A stretch of 64,000 nt of DNA from a virus (taxonomy: Duplodnaviria > Caudoviricetes), in IMG/VR virus record IMGVR_UViG_3300028591_000100, positions 90,704 to 154,703 of that record. One strand, given 5' to 3'. The translations under genes and the position numbers were made by a program. Position 1 is the first letter of the stretch. Each line of letters starts with the position of its first letter. Below are positions 40,893 to 50,596 of this stretch, one piece after another. The notes beneath the pieces were generated by a model. That model was not told where the DNA came from, ran no database searches, and saw only the letters and a program-made list of their open reading frames with translations.

Positions 40893-41561
40893 TTAATGAC
40901 GCATATTTTCTAATTTTTCTATTAACGCATCACAATCTTCTATAGCCTTTTTTTGTTTTAAAGTCTTTTTATGCTTTTTAACCTCTTTAATTTTTTCGTC
41001 TATGTCTTTATTCCATTTACTGTTTACTAGCGTGCAAGCTAAAAACGCAGCATCGGATTCATCAAATGTTTTAAATTCTAAACAATAGGTTTCTTCAACA
41101 AATTTTTTTACATCTTTTTTGTCTACAGAAGTTTTACTATCTAAACCTAAAACTTTCTTTAAATAAGCATGAGTTGTCGCAGGATACACTCCTGTATAAT
41201 CATATACATCAATATCATGTAGCTCTAAAAATAAATCTAAAATAGCATGAGCTTTAGCTAGTGCAATAAAAGTTTGCACTGTCGAAGAACCACCTCTAAG
41301 TTGAACAGGCATAGCTTCCTTTGACACAAAAATATCTTTCCAATCAATATGCATAGATTTTAACAAATCAAAATATTCACATAAACCCCCATATAAATTA
41401 GACACAAAAATACCATCTTTTTTTTCAGACACTATAGCCTTCGTAAACACGGGTCGATTATCATGCAAATCCCATAAACATACACCTGTATTATGACTTG
41501 CCAAATCAAACATTACTAAATATCTATAATCACTTATTGACCTTTCACATCTAACAACCAT
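40893..41561 (-). CDS. RuvC-like Holliday junction resolvase
   Basis: FDLASHNTG...KE...DESDAA RNase H-fold acidic residues. Confidence 0.7.
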   Translation of the reverse strand: MVVRCERSISDYRYLVMFDLASHNTGVCLWDLHDNRPVFTKAIVSEKKDGIFVSNLYGGLCEYFDLLKSMHIDWKDIFVSKEAMPVQLRGGSSTVQTFIALAKAHAILDLFLELHDIDVYDYTGVYPATTHAYLKKVLGLDSKTSVDKKDVKKFVEETYCLEFKTFDESDAAFLACTLVNSKWNKDIDEKIKEVKKHKKTLKQKKAIEDCDALIEKLENMRH

Positions 41562-41569
41562 ATTTCCTC

Positions 41570-41839
41570 CTACACCACTTTATAACAAATAAAGCAATTA
41601 TTTAGTTGATTATTAATTTTATAAACATACACGTAGTCACCAACTTCTAAACTAAATCGAGTCATATTGGCAACATTACGTAAGTAAGAGCTATCGTCTG
41701 GCACGATAGAAACATCATAATGTTCATTATCTTTTATAGCCTTTATTTGACATAGTATAGTAGAATCTCTATCTTTTAATTCATCTCGAACTATTTCTCT
41801 AAGAAGTTCGACAAGTTCTTTAACATCTCTATCGTTCAT
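41570..41839 (-). CDS. Small OB-fold-like tail/baseplate protein
   Basis: LEVGDYVYV pattern; context. Confidence 0.4.
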   Translation of the reverse strand: MNDRDVKELVELLREIVRDELKDRDSTILCQIKAIKDNEHYDVSIVPDDSSYLRNVANMTRFSLEVGDYVYVYKINNQLNNCFICYKVV

Positions 41840-41858
41840 ACAGCCCTCCTTATAAAGA

Positions 41859-41887
41859 TAAAAAAACCTTCGCCCTAAGGCGAAGGT
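41859..41887 (-). terminator. Rho-independent terminator
   Basis: ACCTTCGCC-loop-GGCGAAGGT plus U tract on the minus strand. Confidence 0.7.
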
Positions 41888-41893
41888 GCAAAA

Positions 41894-42199
41894 TTAGCAA
41901 ACTTCCTCTTCTAATTTTGAATCTCCATCGTCTGTGGCGATATTCTCTTCTTCGACGATTTTAGCTACTTGCTCATCCTCTTCAAAAGGTAGATTCTCGG
42001 CAACTAAATACGCACGACTTTTTGGTTTTCTTCCTTTCTTAGATTTTGATTTGGTAACTTCTTCTGTTTCAATGTTTTGTGGTTCTTCAGTAACTTCTAC
42101 TGAGGCCTCTTCTTTTTGTTCTTTTAATTTTTTAGCAGCTTCTTCTGCTCTTCTTTTTCTTACAGCTTCATTGTGAGCTAATAATTCTTGTAATGTCAT
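41894..42199 (-). CDS. Highly charged hypothetical protein
   Basis: 101 aa, Glu/Lys-rich. Confidence 0.5.
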   Translation of the reverse strand: MTLQELLAHNEAVRKRRAEEAAKKLKEQKEEASVEVTEEPQNIETEEVTKSKSKKGRKPKSRAYLVAENLPFEEDEQVAKIVEEENIATDDGDSKLEEEVC

Positions 42200-42202
42200 C
42201 CC

Positions 42203-42598
42203 TTAGACCTCCTTTTTACTTTTAGCTATCTCATCTGCTTCAGCCATGTTATTGTAGAACGCTTTTAATTCAGCAATAGATTTAGCTAATTCTTCAATAT
42301 CTGCATCATTAATTTCAATTCCTGCCTCTTTGGCACCAGCTTTAATAGCGGAAATAACCATGATTAACTTATCTCGCCCAGCTAAACCAGTAGCTTGTGC
42401 TTCAGCCATAGCCTTTAATGCAATTTGTTTAAGCTTATTAAAATTTTTCTGTTTAGTTAATTCAGCTACAACTTTTGCAAGCTTAATCATAGTTGGTATT
42501 AACTTAATTACTGCTCCAACAAGACCTAGAACAGCAACGCCTAGTAAAACCCAACCCTCTGCTGTGGTTGGCCAAATATTTAATACGTAATATAACAT
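42203..42598 (-). CDS. Holin (LL-H-like)
   Basis: N-terminal TM helix followed by A-x-A-x-AE...G-x-DK pattern. Confidence 0.55.
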   Translation of the reverse strand: MLYYVLNIWPTTAEGWVLLGVAVLGLVGAVIKLIPTMIKLAKVVAELTKQKNFNKLKQIALKAMAEAQATGLAGRDKLIMVISAIKAGAKEAGIEINDADIEELAKSIAELKAFYNNMAEADEIAKSKKEV

Positions 42599-42703
42599 AA
42601 TAAAACCTCCTAATTTTCTAGTTTCTGGGTATCTTTCTTAAAAATATAAACAACTATACGCTTAAGAAAAATACCCAGACCCCATATGGGGCCTAGATAT
42701 ATA

Positions 42704-42856
42704 TTATTTTGTTTTCTTTTTACAAATAGGACACTTACCACAATCGACAACATACCGATGTCTCTCGGGACAATATCTTTGATATCCGCACTTTTGTTTA
42801 GTAAAAGTGCATGTACGCAAAGTGTTACTGTCTCCTTGTAAAAATTTACATTCCAT
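42704..42856 (-). CDS. Small Cys-rich protein (50 aa, 7 Cys)
   Basis: MECKFLQGDSNTLRTCTFTKQKCGYQRYCPERHRYVVDCGKCPICKKKTK, starting just after the tail tube stop; missed by the ORF track. Confidence 0.55.
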   Translation of the reverse strand: MECKFLQGDSNTLRTCTFTKQKCGYQRYCPERHRYVVDCGKCPICKKKTK

Positions 42857-42863
42857 ATGGAAC

Positions 42864-43961
42864 CTATGCAGCAGATGCTACGTTAAATGTTGTGTCAGCA
42901 ACATTTGCGTTCTTGTCTTTGTTCTTTAAAGTAACTTTAACATCTCCGCTTTCAGCATATGCACCACTAGCATTAAGTGCTGAAGCAGGTTCAAATACTA
43001 GTTGCTCGATAGATACTAAGTATTCAACATCAAGAGGTTCAACAGTACCATCTTTCATGATAGCATAGATAGCTGGTTTTTGGTTAACAACTTGAGTTTC
43101 CTCATCAGACATAATGTCTTTAACATCAGCTGTGAAATCACGGTTTGTAATAACTTCGATGATATTTAATAACTTACCACCAATAGCATCACACTCAGCA
43201 CTTTCACTAGCTAAAGCAATACCATTTAAAGACATAGTTTGGTTAGAAGACATATTCATTTGGAATTCTTGAGCACCATTTAATTGGAATCTAGGAACTT
43301 CAAAAGTAATCTTACCAGCAGCTTTACCCTTAGAAGCAGAGCAAGCGTCTCCTGCAAAAATAGGAGCAGAAATTACTAAATATAACTCTTCTGGAATGAT
43401 TTGAGTTGAAATTTCAGCTACATGAGCTCTTGTTTCCTTACCATAGTAACGAATACAATAGTCAGTATCAACTGCTGGGGCCTCAGCTAGAGTTAAAGTA
43501 CCATTGTCATATTCCATTTTAACATAATCCATAGTACCAACTGGAGCACCCCATACTAAATATTGCTCACCACCACATGGAATAGGTAATTTTTCAATAT
43601 CAGTAATTTCCTTTGAAGCAGTAGTGCTGTTAGCAAGGAACTTTACTGTTTCATCTAAAGTCTTGTAATCCTTACCACCAGTTTTCTTAAAATTAGCACC
43701 AAGTTGTGCTTCTACGTATTCTTTCTTCCATAATACGTCTGTTAAAGTAATTTCAACAGATGGATCATGATAGAAACTAAATTGAATAGGTGCTCCTTGA
43801 CCAGCACGAATATCATCTTTTGTAGTTTGAATGCTTATACTAGAGTCAGTTAAAGTCTTTGATACAAAAGCTAATTCTAACTTTTTAGTTGTAGGGTTAT
43901 ACTTAAAAGCTTCTGCCTTACCAACTGAACCTAAAAAATATTTTTCAGCCATAGTTTTCAT
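42864..43961 (-). CDS. Major tail tube protein
   Basis: SKTLTDSSISI...IRAGQG...YHD..VEITLTD, PRFQLNG; codon bias of a highly expressed gene; position. Confidence 0.75.
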   Translation of the reverse strand: MKTMAEKYFLGSVGKAEAFKYNPTTKKLELAFVSKTLTDSSISIQTTKDDIRAGQGAPIQFSFYHDPSVEITLTDVLWKKEYVEAQLGANFKKTGGKDYKTLDETVKFLANSTTASKEITDIEKLPIPCGGEQYLVWGAPVGTMDYVKMEYDNGTLTLAEAPAVDTDYCIRYYGKETRAHVAEISTQIIPEELYLVISAPIFAGDACSASKGKAAGKITFEVPRFQLNGAQEFQMNMSSNQTMSLNGIALASESAECDAIGGKLLNIIEVITNRDFTADVKDIMSDEETQVVNQKPAIYAIMKDGTVEPLDVEYLVSIEQLVFEPASALNASGAYAESGDVKVTLKNKDKNANVADTTFNVASAA

Positions 43962-43997
43962 TCTCCTTTTATTTTAAATTTTTTGTTATTTCATATA

Positions 43998-45026
43998 TTA
44001 TAAATTAGAAACTTGTTGTTGAACCTCGTCCGCACTCTTATAAGAATCTCCATAGACATCTCTAAGTGGTTTATACATCCAGTGATCAAGCTTCTTGCCC
44101 TTAGGGAGGCTTACAAAGCCAGACATAACAGCTTGTTTCATAATTTTATAATTAATTAAATCTTCAACAGTACTTAACGTCATTGTGAACCTACGAATAC
44201 TCATATTATAAATTTCATCAAACTTATAAGGAGTGGTAATAGTTAAACCTACTACCTTCTTTTCTATTGTAGCATGAACGTCATTCATCTGTTGCTCTAA
44301 ACGCATTTTTTCATCATGGTCCTTCTTAACAGCAGGATCAACATGACTTTCATCTGCGTAATCGGGATAATTTTGGAATAAAATAATTTGTCTTAACTTA
44401 CCAAAATCGTTTTTGTTGATTATGTGCCCATCAACAGAAAAAGCACTTTTTTTTGTTTTAGGGTCTTCGACAATACTGATACGATTAATAATCTTAGAAT
44501 TTTTACAATCAGGACAACAAAATTTAGAGTAGTTTTCGTCTAATTCTTCGGGGGTTAATTCTTCAGGATGCTCCTGTAGTTTTTTAAACAACTGATTCAT
44601 TTTTTCAACATAATCTAAATATTCTTTGTCATTATATTTAATAACTCGTCCACATTCAGTACATTTCATACCGTTCTCAAATCTAAACACCAATTCAAAT
44701 AATCGCTGCAATTTCCAAGACCACAATTTTGCTTCTTGTGGGTCACCTTCTTTCATTTTCTTTATTAAATAATCTAAATGAGACATTGCAATACCTTTTG
44801 GGTCCTCATTTTTATTCAAAGTTAAACAAGAGCAGCATGCTGCAAACTCTTCATAATGTCTGACTTGAATTGGATAAATAAGAAGACCACAAAAAGGGAT
44901 AGGCGTATCTTCTCTAAAATACGTAATCTCATAGTTCTTTAATAATTCAACTAAAGCAGTGTCTAGCTTGCCATATCTGTCATCAAGACTAGGCTTAGTT
45001 GACACTTCAGGTCCATTTTCTGCCAT
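43998..45026 (-). CDS. Tail assembly protein/chaperone with CxxC insert
   Basis: Position; LRQIILFQN, IYNMSIRRF motifs. Confidence 0.45.
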   Translation of the reverse strand: MAENGPEVSTKPSLDDRYGKLDTALVELLKNYEITYFREDTPIPFCGLLIYPIQVRHYEEFAACCSCLTLNKNEDPKGIAMSHLDYLIKKMKEGDPQEAKLWSWKLQRLFELVFRFENGMKCTECGRVIKYNDKEYLDYVEKMNQLFKKLQEHPEELTPEELDENYSKFCCPDCKNSKIINRISIVEDPKTKKSAFSVDGHIINKNDFGKLRQIILFQNYPDYADESHVDPAVKKDHDEKMRLEQQMNDVHATIEKKVVGLTITTPYKFDEIYNMSIRRFTMTLSTVEDLINYKIMKQAVMSGFVSLPKGKKLDHWMYKPLRDVYGDSYKSADEVQQQVSNL

Positions 45027-45041
45027 TTACACACACCACCT

Positions 45042-45752
45042 TTAAAAACCTCTGTTTGCTGTGCCTGAAATACCACTCATCTCAACACCAAAACAAATAC
45101 GATGTCCATGGTTGTTTTCTTTGTGGTTATGAGGCATATCAACATAACCAGTTTTTAAATCAGGGACTCCAAACCCTTGGAATTTTAAATAACCTACACC
45201 ATCAATAAATAAGCCGTTTAATTCAGCTAAAATACTTTTCAGTAATACAGTCTCACGACTCTTGATAGGTACAACAACAGAGCCCTGTTCATCAGATTCA
45301 TTAGGATTAACCCATTCAGGATTAGAACTTGAATCCGCGTCGCCATCACCAGCAACAACACCAATTTTAGTATAGACGGAAGTGTCGACAGTTACCCCAA
45401 TTAATGCTTTCTGTGCATCTATAGCTTGAATATTTTCAACATAAATGTATACAGAGCTACATTGGTCTACCTGCCCGTCTGCGTCACGGGGAGTAATAAA
45501 AACTCTCTTCTCACTAGATTCCCCGTTATCGTTATTGACTAATTTTAGCCTTTCGTCCTTATCTAATGAGGGTTGATTTAATGCATGCAAATCATCATAT
45601 TTCAAAATTTTCCAAAATACATCTGCATATTTACTTGTGGATTTTATAAAATGTTCTACTATCTTAGTTTCTATACTATCTAAATTAATAAAACGATTTA
45701 CTTCAGTGTATGCATCATAGCCCCATTCGCTATATTCATCAATTTTTGCCAT
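45042..45752 (-). CDS. Putative tail terminator/neck protein
   Basis: Position between head-closure and tail genes. Confidence 0.4.
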   Translation of the reverse strand: MAKIDEYSEWGYDAYTEVNRFINLDSIETKIVEHFIKSTSKYADVFWKILKYDDLHALNQPSLDKDERLKLVNNDNGESSEKRVFITPRDADGQVDQCSSVYIYVENIQAIDAQKALIGVTVDTSVYTKIGVVAGDGDADSSSNPEWVNPNESDEQGSVVVPIKSRETVLLKSILAELNGLFIDGVGYLKFQGFGVPDLKTGYVDMPHNHKENNHGHRICFGVEMSGISGTANRGF

Positions 45753-45769
45753 TCCTTATTACCTCCCTT

Positions 45770-47011
45770 TTAACTCTGTTTTCTAACAACCAACTTAAAG
45801 GTTGTGCTAATTTCTGCATGACTAGGTGAATTTGCTTCACTAATTGTACAGCGCACTACCAAATCTCCGTTTAAATAAATTTTCTTACGACTTAAGGTAA
45901 AGCTATAAGCGTCGCCTTCAATGTTTTCTGAAAAATCTATATAATTAGATTGTAAATTTTTATCTTTTGTCGCTGGCCAATTTTCTAAATCATATGTAGT
46001 AGTAATAAATTTTGAGTAAACACTATACTCCTCCCCACTATCAGAAACTATTACAGGGGTAAAAGTAATTTTTTCAGAATATAAATCGCTTGGAATTATA
46101 GCAGGTTGCTTAAATATCATAGAATAACCCTTAACCTCGGTTTTGGTGTCAAGATGAACAACCTGATCACTTTGGTAAGCAATTCTATTGTCCCAGTCAT
46201 CATAGACTGAAGCTTCTGTTAACTCAACATAAAGCTTAACTAAACCAACGTTTTCGGTATCCCATGTAGATAAATTATACAACTTATCTATCGCAGTAAT
46301 CCTATAAACCTGACCATCAATAAAATGACCTGGGTTTTTAGGGTCTGCTGTTCTAGCCCCAATTATAAATCTTTGATTTATAAAATATCCACTAGTATAT
46401 TTATTATATTGCGCAGTTATAATTAAATGCGCTTGAGGCGAAACACTCACCTCACTATATGAAAAGCTAGTAGTTGTTAAATCTCTAGCTTGAATAACAG
46501 GTTCATAATGATATCTAGTAGTTCCTTGCTCATCTAAATAAGCACTACCTAAAACACCATTACATCTTTGAATAATTAAGTTAGCTGTCATAGTGACTTT
46601 ATCCATATTGACTCCAAGCCATACGTCTTTTTTTAAATCGGGAGCTTTTAAATCATAACTAGGTGCAAACCTAAATTTACTTCCTATTCTGAATCTATTC
46701 TCGAAAATGTTTTTAAAAACAATATTTCTACTATCATCAGCGATCGCTTCGCCCTTCTCAGACTTAACAGTTTGTATGACAACCTCTAAAGGTTCCCATT
46801 TATTTTGTAACTTAAAATCACTTGTAAGATATTCACTATCTTCAACCTCATACTCAACGTCAACACGATTAGGTCTATACTCCCATTCCGCATTAACTTT
46901 GTCCTGTAATTCTTTTAAAAAATAATTATTTTTACTGAAATTCTTTGGAGTCTGTGATAGGATATCATAAAGACTCGCAGAATTAGTCACGTCAACAATC
47001 TTACGCGCCAT
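45770..47011 (-). CDS. Putative head-closure/neck protein
   Basis: Position; 413 aa. Confidence 0.4.
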   Translation of the reverse strand: MARKIVDVTNSASLYDILSQTPKNFSKNNYFLKELQDKVNAEWEYRPNRVDVEYEVEDSEYLTSDFKLQNKWEPLEVVIQTVKSEKGEAIADDSRNIVFKNIFENRFRIGSKFRFAPSYDLKAPDLKKDVWLGVNMDKVTMTANLIIQRCNGVLGSAYLDEQGTTRYHYEPVIQARDLTTTSFSYSEVSVSPQAHLIITAQYNKYTSGYFINQRFIIGARTADPKNPGHFIDGQVYRITAIDKLYNLSTWDTENVGLVKLYVELTEASVYDDWDNRIAYQSDQVVHLDTKTEVKGYSMIFKQPAIIPSDLYSEKITFTPVIVSDSGEEYSVYSKFITTTYDLENWPATKDKNLQSNYIDFSENIEGDAYSFTLSRKKIYLNGDLVVRCTISEANSPSHAEISTTFKLVVRKQS

Positions 47012-47032
47012 AAAATATCCTCCTCCTATGAA

Positions 47033-47392
47033 TTATTGCTCATCACCAATTAAATGAGTTAAAATACCTCTTGATTCCATAATTTGTCTTTTAATTTGTG
47101 CGTGTGTCATCTCTTTATAATGTTTCTTATCATATAGACCATGTATTTTAACTACAACTTTAGTAAGTTTATTATGACACAAAGCATTAGAAGAAATTAA
47201 TTCAAACATAAAACCTTCAAACCATAAGTCAATGTCTTGTTCTCCTTTTTCTTCTGCCTCTATCATGTATAATAGTTTAATTACTTGACTACGTAAATTA
47301 ATAAAACAAGTTTTTTCCTCCTTAGGAGAAAAACAGATAACATCGCCCTTGTCTGAATCTAGAGGAATCATTTCTTTTTCATTATTTTCCAA
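47033..47392 (-). CDS. Hypothetical head-tail region protein
   Basis: 119 aa, overlaps upstream gene. Confidence 0.5.
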   Translation of the reverse strand: MENNEKEMIPLDSDKGDVICFSPKEEKTCFINLRSQVIKLLYMIEAEEKGEQDIDLWFEGFMFELISSNALCHNKLTKVVVKIHGLYDKKHYKEMTHAQIKRQIMESRGILTHLIGDEQ

Positions 47393-48083
47393 AGCGACTT
47401 CCTCCTCTAGGGGTTGACATTATCATCCAGTTTAACTCTGAAATCAAAGTATCCATATCTTTATTCATTTGGTTACGCCACTCAACTTTTGCTCTTGCCG
47501 AATTCGCTGGTGAATACATTTCGAAATCGTGGTCTGTTAGAATGTTTCTCACTTCTAATACACGACCAACTTCCTTATCGCCCCAAGCAGCTAACAATCC
47601 ATAAGCTAAAATGTTAATTATTTTTTCCATAATAGCATTCATATTATAGTCTGCTCTAAAGCAATTTTTAAAATCGTCTGTAAAAGCCCCAGCATAGAAC
47701 CAACAAACTCCCCATGTGTCATTAGCAGTAACTTCTCTAGGAAATTCTACTTGGTTAGTTTCAGGTATATACCTACCAAATACTTTTTCACCATTAATGA
47801 AATAAGTAAAACCAACACCTTGACCATTATGTGGAACTTCTGATTCCAAAACATAAGTTGTGCCTCCGTCACCATTTTCTTCCTCATACTTTCCTTCTGG
47901 CCCGTCTGTTTTAATCAAACGGTCAGTTATAGCAACTGGTGATACAAATTTATTTTTCCCTATAATTAAAAAATCGAGCATATCTTTTTGGAAACCAGCT
48001 CGATCATTAAAATATTTTCTTTCAATGTCAGGGTCCGCAAAAAGATTAAAAGCTCTATCAAATATTTCGCTAAAATATATCAT
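47382..48083 (-). CDS. Putative head-tail adaptor
   Basis: FSEIFDRAF...DFEMYSPAN pattern; position after capsid genes. Confidence 0.45.
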   Translation of the reverse strand: MIYFSEIFDRAFNLFADPDIERKYFNDRAGFQKDMLDFLIIGKNKFVSPVAITDRLIKTDGPEGKYEEENGDGGTTYVLESEVPHNGQGVGFTYFINGEKVFGRYIPETNQVEFPREVTANDTWGVCWFYAGAFTDDFKNCFRADYNMNAIMEKIINILAYGLLAAWGDKEVGRVLEVRNILTDHDFEMYSPANSARAKVEWRNQMNKDMDTLISELNWMIMSTPRGGSRFGK

Positions 48084-48119
48084 ATGCTATCCCCCTTCAT
48101 ATGAATACCATAATCAATC

Positions 48120-48767
48120 TTACATATCTGTTTGAGTTATCTTATATCTGCCATTTAACTCGTCTAGCTCTCTCTTAAAGCCACCGTCTGTTAATGTGTC
48201 AAATAAATTGATTTTTTCACGAGTGCGATAGTTAGGGTCGCCTTCGATAAATTTTCTCTTTACAAAAGTAACAATACTCTTTTTATGTTCAAGTTTATTG
48301 GTGTTGTTCCATAGTTTTTCAATTTCTGTAACAGACATATTACCAATCTTGTTTAATTCTTTTGCACCAAGAACGAACTCATCAACAGTAGAAATACCTT
48401 TTTCAACAGCTATATCTAAATCATTAGAACTTACAGCAAAAATACCATCATTAAACCACTTACGATATTTACCTACAAGCTCATCAAAAACATAAAGAGG
48501 AACTCTGTATGTTTCTCCATATTGCGTGAAGTTAAACTCCATGCTACTAACCTTAGCATAACCTAAACTATCAGAGCAATATACTAAAGTAACAAAATCT
48601 TTAGCTTTTTTTTCCACGATTTTTTCAACAACTTGTACCTTTGGTTCTACAACTTCTTTAACAGCAGGTTGTGCTGCATTTTCAGTTTGTGCTTGTAATT
48701 TTGCCTCAAGCTCAGCAATATAAGCTTCCATCTCAGCTTTTGTAGATTTACTATTTATTTTACTCAT
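48120..48767 (-). CDS. Hypothetical protein downstream of the major capsid gene
   Basis: 215 aa with RBS. Confidence 0.55.
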   Translation of the reverse strand: MSKINSKSTKAEMEAYIAELEAKLQAQTENAAQPAVKEVVEPKVQVVEKIVEKKAKDFVTLVYCSDSLGYAKVSSMEFNFTQYGETYRVPLYVFDELVGKYRKWFNDGIFAVSSNDLDIAVEKGISTVDEFVLGAKELNKIGNMSVTEIEKLWNNTNKLEHKKSIVTFVKRKFIEGDPNYRTREKINLFDTLTDGGFKRELDELNGRYKITQTDM

Positions 48768-48848
48768 ATATCTTTATCTCCTTTTACTTTCTTAATTTTG
48801 ATACAAGGCCCCAAAAGGGGCCTCTATATCATTATTATTTTATAATTA

Positions 48849-49934
48849 CTAGATAGTAATTGTACCGTACTTAGCACCACAAATTGCAGAAACACCAACA
48901 CGTAATTCTACAGTGATACCATATCTCTTATCAGAGCTTTCTTCAGGATTGTAAGTAACAGTTACTTCATTTCCTTCAAATAAGATCTTAACTGGCTTGT
49001 CACCAGCAACTGGAACGAAGAAAATCTTGTGGTCATCTAATGCTAAATCAGCAGTAGTATTAGTTGTACCAGGAATTAATACGTTCTTTAAAGCGATTAG
49101 AGGTACACCTAAATATTGACTTAAGTAACCAACCTTATTCATTTCTTCACCGATTTCAACTTGGAAGTTACCAGTTAAACTTACGTTTGATAAAGCAACA
49201 GCTGTACCGATTGCGATTACGTTCATACCACCATTAGCAGCAGATACTCTTTCTCTTAAAGTACCCCATAATGCTGGAGTAACACCATTAGTACCATAAG
49301 CAGCACCGAAGCCACTTGTAGCAGCAGTCATACCCTTAATAGCCTTTAAGAAAATATAAGCAGCGAAAGAACGGCCAATCTTTAATGCAAAATTACCCAT
49401 ATCAAATACACCTGCAGCAAATGGATACCAGTCGATGTGAGTAGAAATTTCTACTGGTCTAGCATGAACAGTAATTTCATCATCGTACATAGGTTGATCA
49501 ACGCCCTTACGAACGCCTTCAGCCTTTTCATTTACCTTAAATAATTCATTTGATTCAATAATGAATCTAGCTGTATCACCGAAACCAACTTGATGAACTT
49601 CAGCAATATAGTTTTCAAAAGTGTCATTAACTACTTCAGGAACGATAGCAGTAACAACTTGTGCGATTACAGCATTAAAGTTATCTCTAATAGCTGTATT
49701 AGCCTTAACTTGTGGGTCTTTAAAAATTGATAAACCCTTTGCGTCGAAGTCAGCCTCATAACGAGTACCTTCAACCATTTTCTTACCCATAGATTTGATA
49801 AGTTCAGCATTCTTTTCTTTGTAGTCAGCAACAACATTGCCCTCATATTTTTGTCTAGCTAAATCAAGAGCGCCTTCTACTAGAGCATTGAATGCATCAT
49901 TTTCAGTTCTGTTAAATTCAAAATATCTTCTCAT
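48849..49934 (-). CDS. Major capsid protein
   Basis: 361 aa; strong expression codon bias; follows protease and decoration genes; followed by a hairpin at about 48805-48823. Confidence 0.75.
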   Translation of the reverse strand: MRRYFEFNRTENDAFNALVEGALDLARQKYEGNVVADYKEKNAELIKSMGKKMVEGTRYEADFDAKGLSIFKDPQVKANTAIRDNFNAVIAQVVTAIVPEVVNDTFENYIAEVHQVGFGDTARFIIESNELFKVNEKAEGVRKGVDQPMYDDEITVHARPVEISTHIDWYPFAAGVFDMGNFALKIGRSFAAYIFLKAIKGMTAATSGFGAAYGTNGVTPALWGTLRERVSAANGGMNVIAIGTAVALSNVSLTGNFQVEIGEEMNKVGYLSQYLGVPLIALKNVLIPGTTNTTADLALDDHKIFFVPVAGDKPVKILFEGNEVTVTYNPEESSDKRYGITVELRVGVSAICGAKYGTITI

Positions 49935-49950
49935 CTCTTACGCCCTCCTA

Positions 49951-50487
49951 TTATAATTGTACAACTTCAACTAGATACATCTTGCCATTGCTTCTCATAC
50001 CAGTTGTTAAGTCTCTTTCAACTAATACTTTTACACCTAAACCTGCAGCAGGTAAAGCAGCAGCAGCTGTGAATCTTGCGTCACCAGCAGTTGCACCAGC
50101 ATATTCGCCAACAACTGGAGTTGCAACGAAATTACCAGCACCTACCCAGAATTTATCATGTAAGTTTAATCTACGAACTCTAAAGTTTGTTCCAGCAGGA
50201 ACTAATAAATCAAATAACTTCTTACCAATCTTATATTCGTTACCTGCGATTTCTCCTTCAGAAATACCAGCATAGTCAATGATGCCTACTTCATCAGAAG
50301 CAGCAGCAGGAGCAGCAGCTTCATAAACATCATATTCTTTGCCATTTGCATTATAAGTTGTGTCAGCAGCTAAATCACCTAATTTGACTAAGTCGCCGTC
50401 ATGAAGATCAGTTTGAGCTACACCATTAGTTACGTATGCATCAATTTGATCACTAATCATTTTACCAGAATAAAAAATTTTAGCCAT
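49951..50487 (-). CDS. Head decoration/capsid-stabilising protein
   Basis: 178 aa, Ala/Gly-rich, immediately upstream of the MCP. Confidence 0.6.
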   Translation of the reverse strand: MAKIFYSGKMISDQIDAYVTNGVAQTDLHDGDLVKLGDLAADTTYNANGKEYDVYEAAAPAAASDEVGIIDYAGISEGEIAGNEYKIGKKLFDLLVPAGTNFRVRRLNLHDKFWVGAGNFVATPVVGEYAGATAGDARFTAAAALPAAGLGVKVLVERDLTTGMRSNGKMYLVEVVQL

Positions 50488-50596
50488 ACTCTTTTTTCTC
50501 CTTTTTTATATAATTTTTTATTAATAAATATCCCATTTATAAAGTCATGCGTTTCGGCTACGCAAGGTCAATATATCCGAGAAAGACTAATACATA

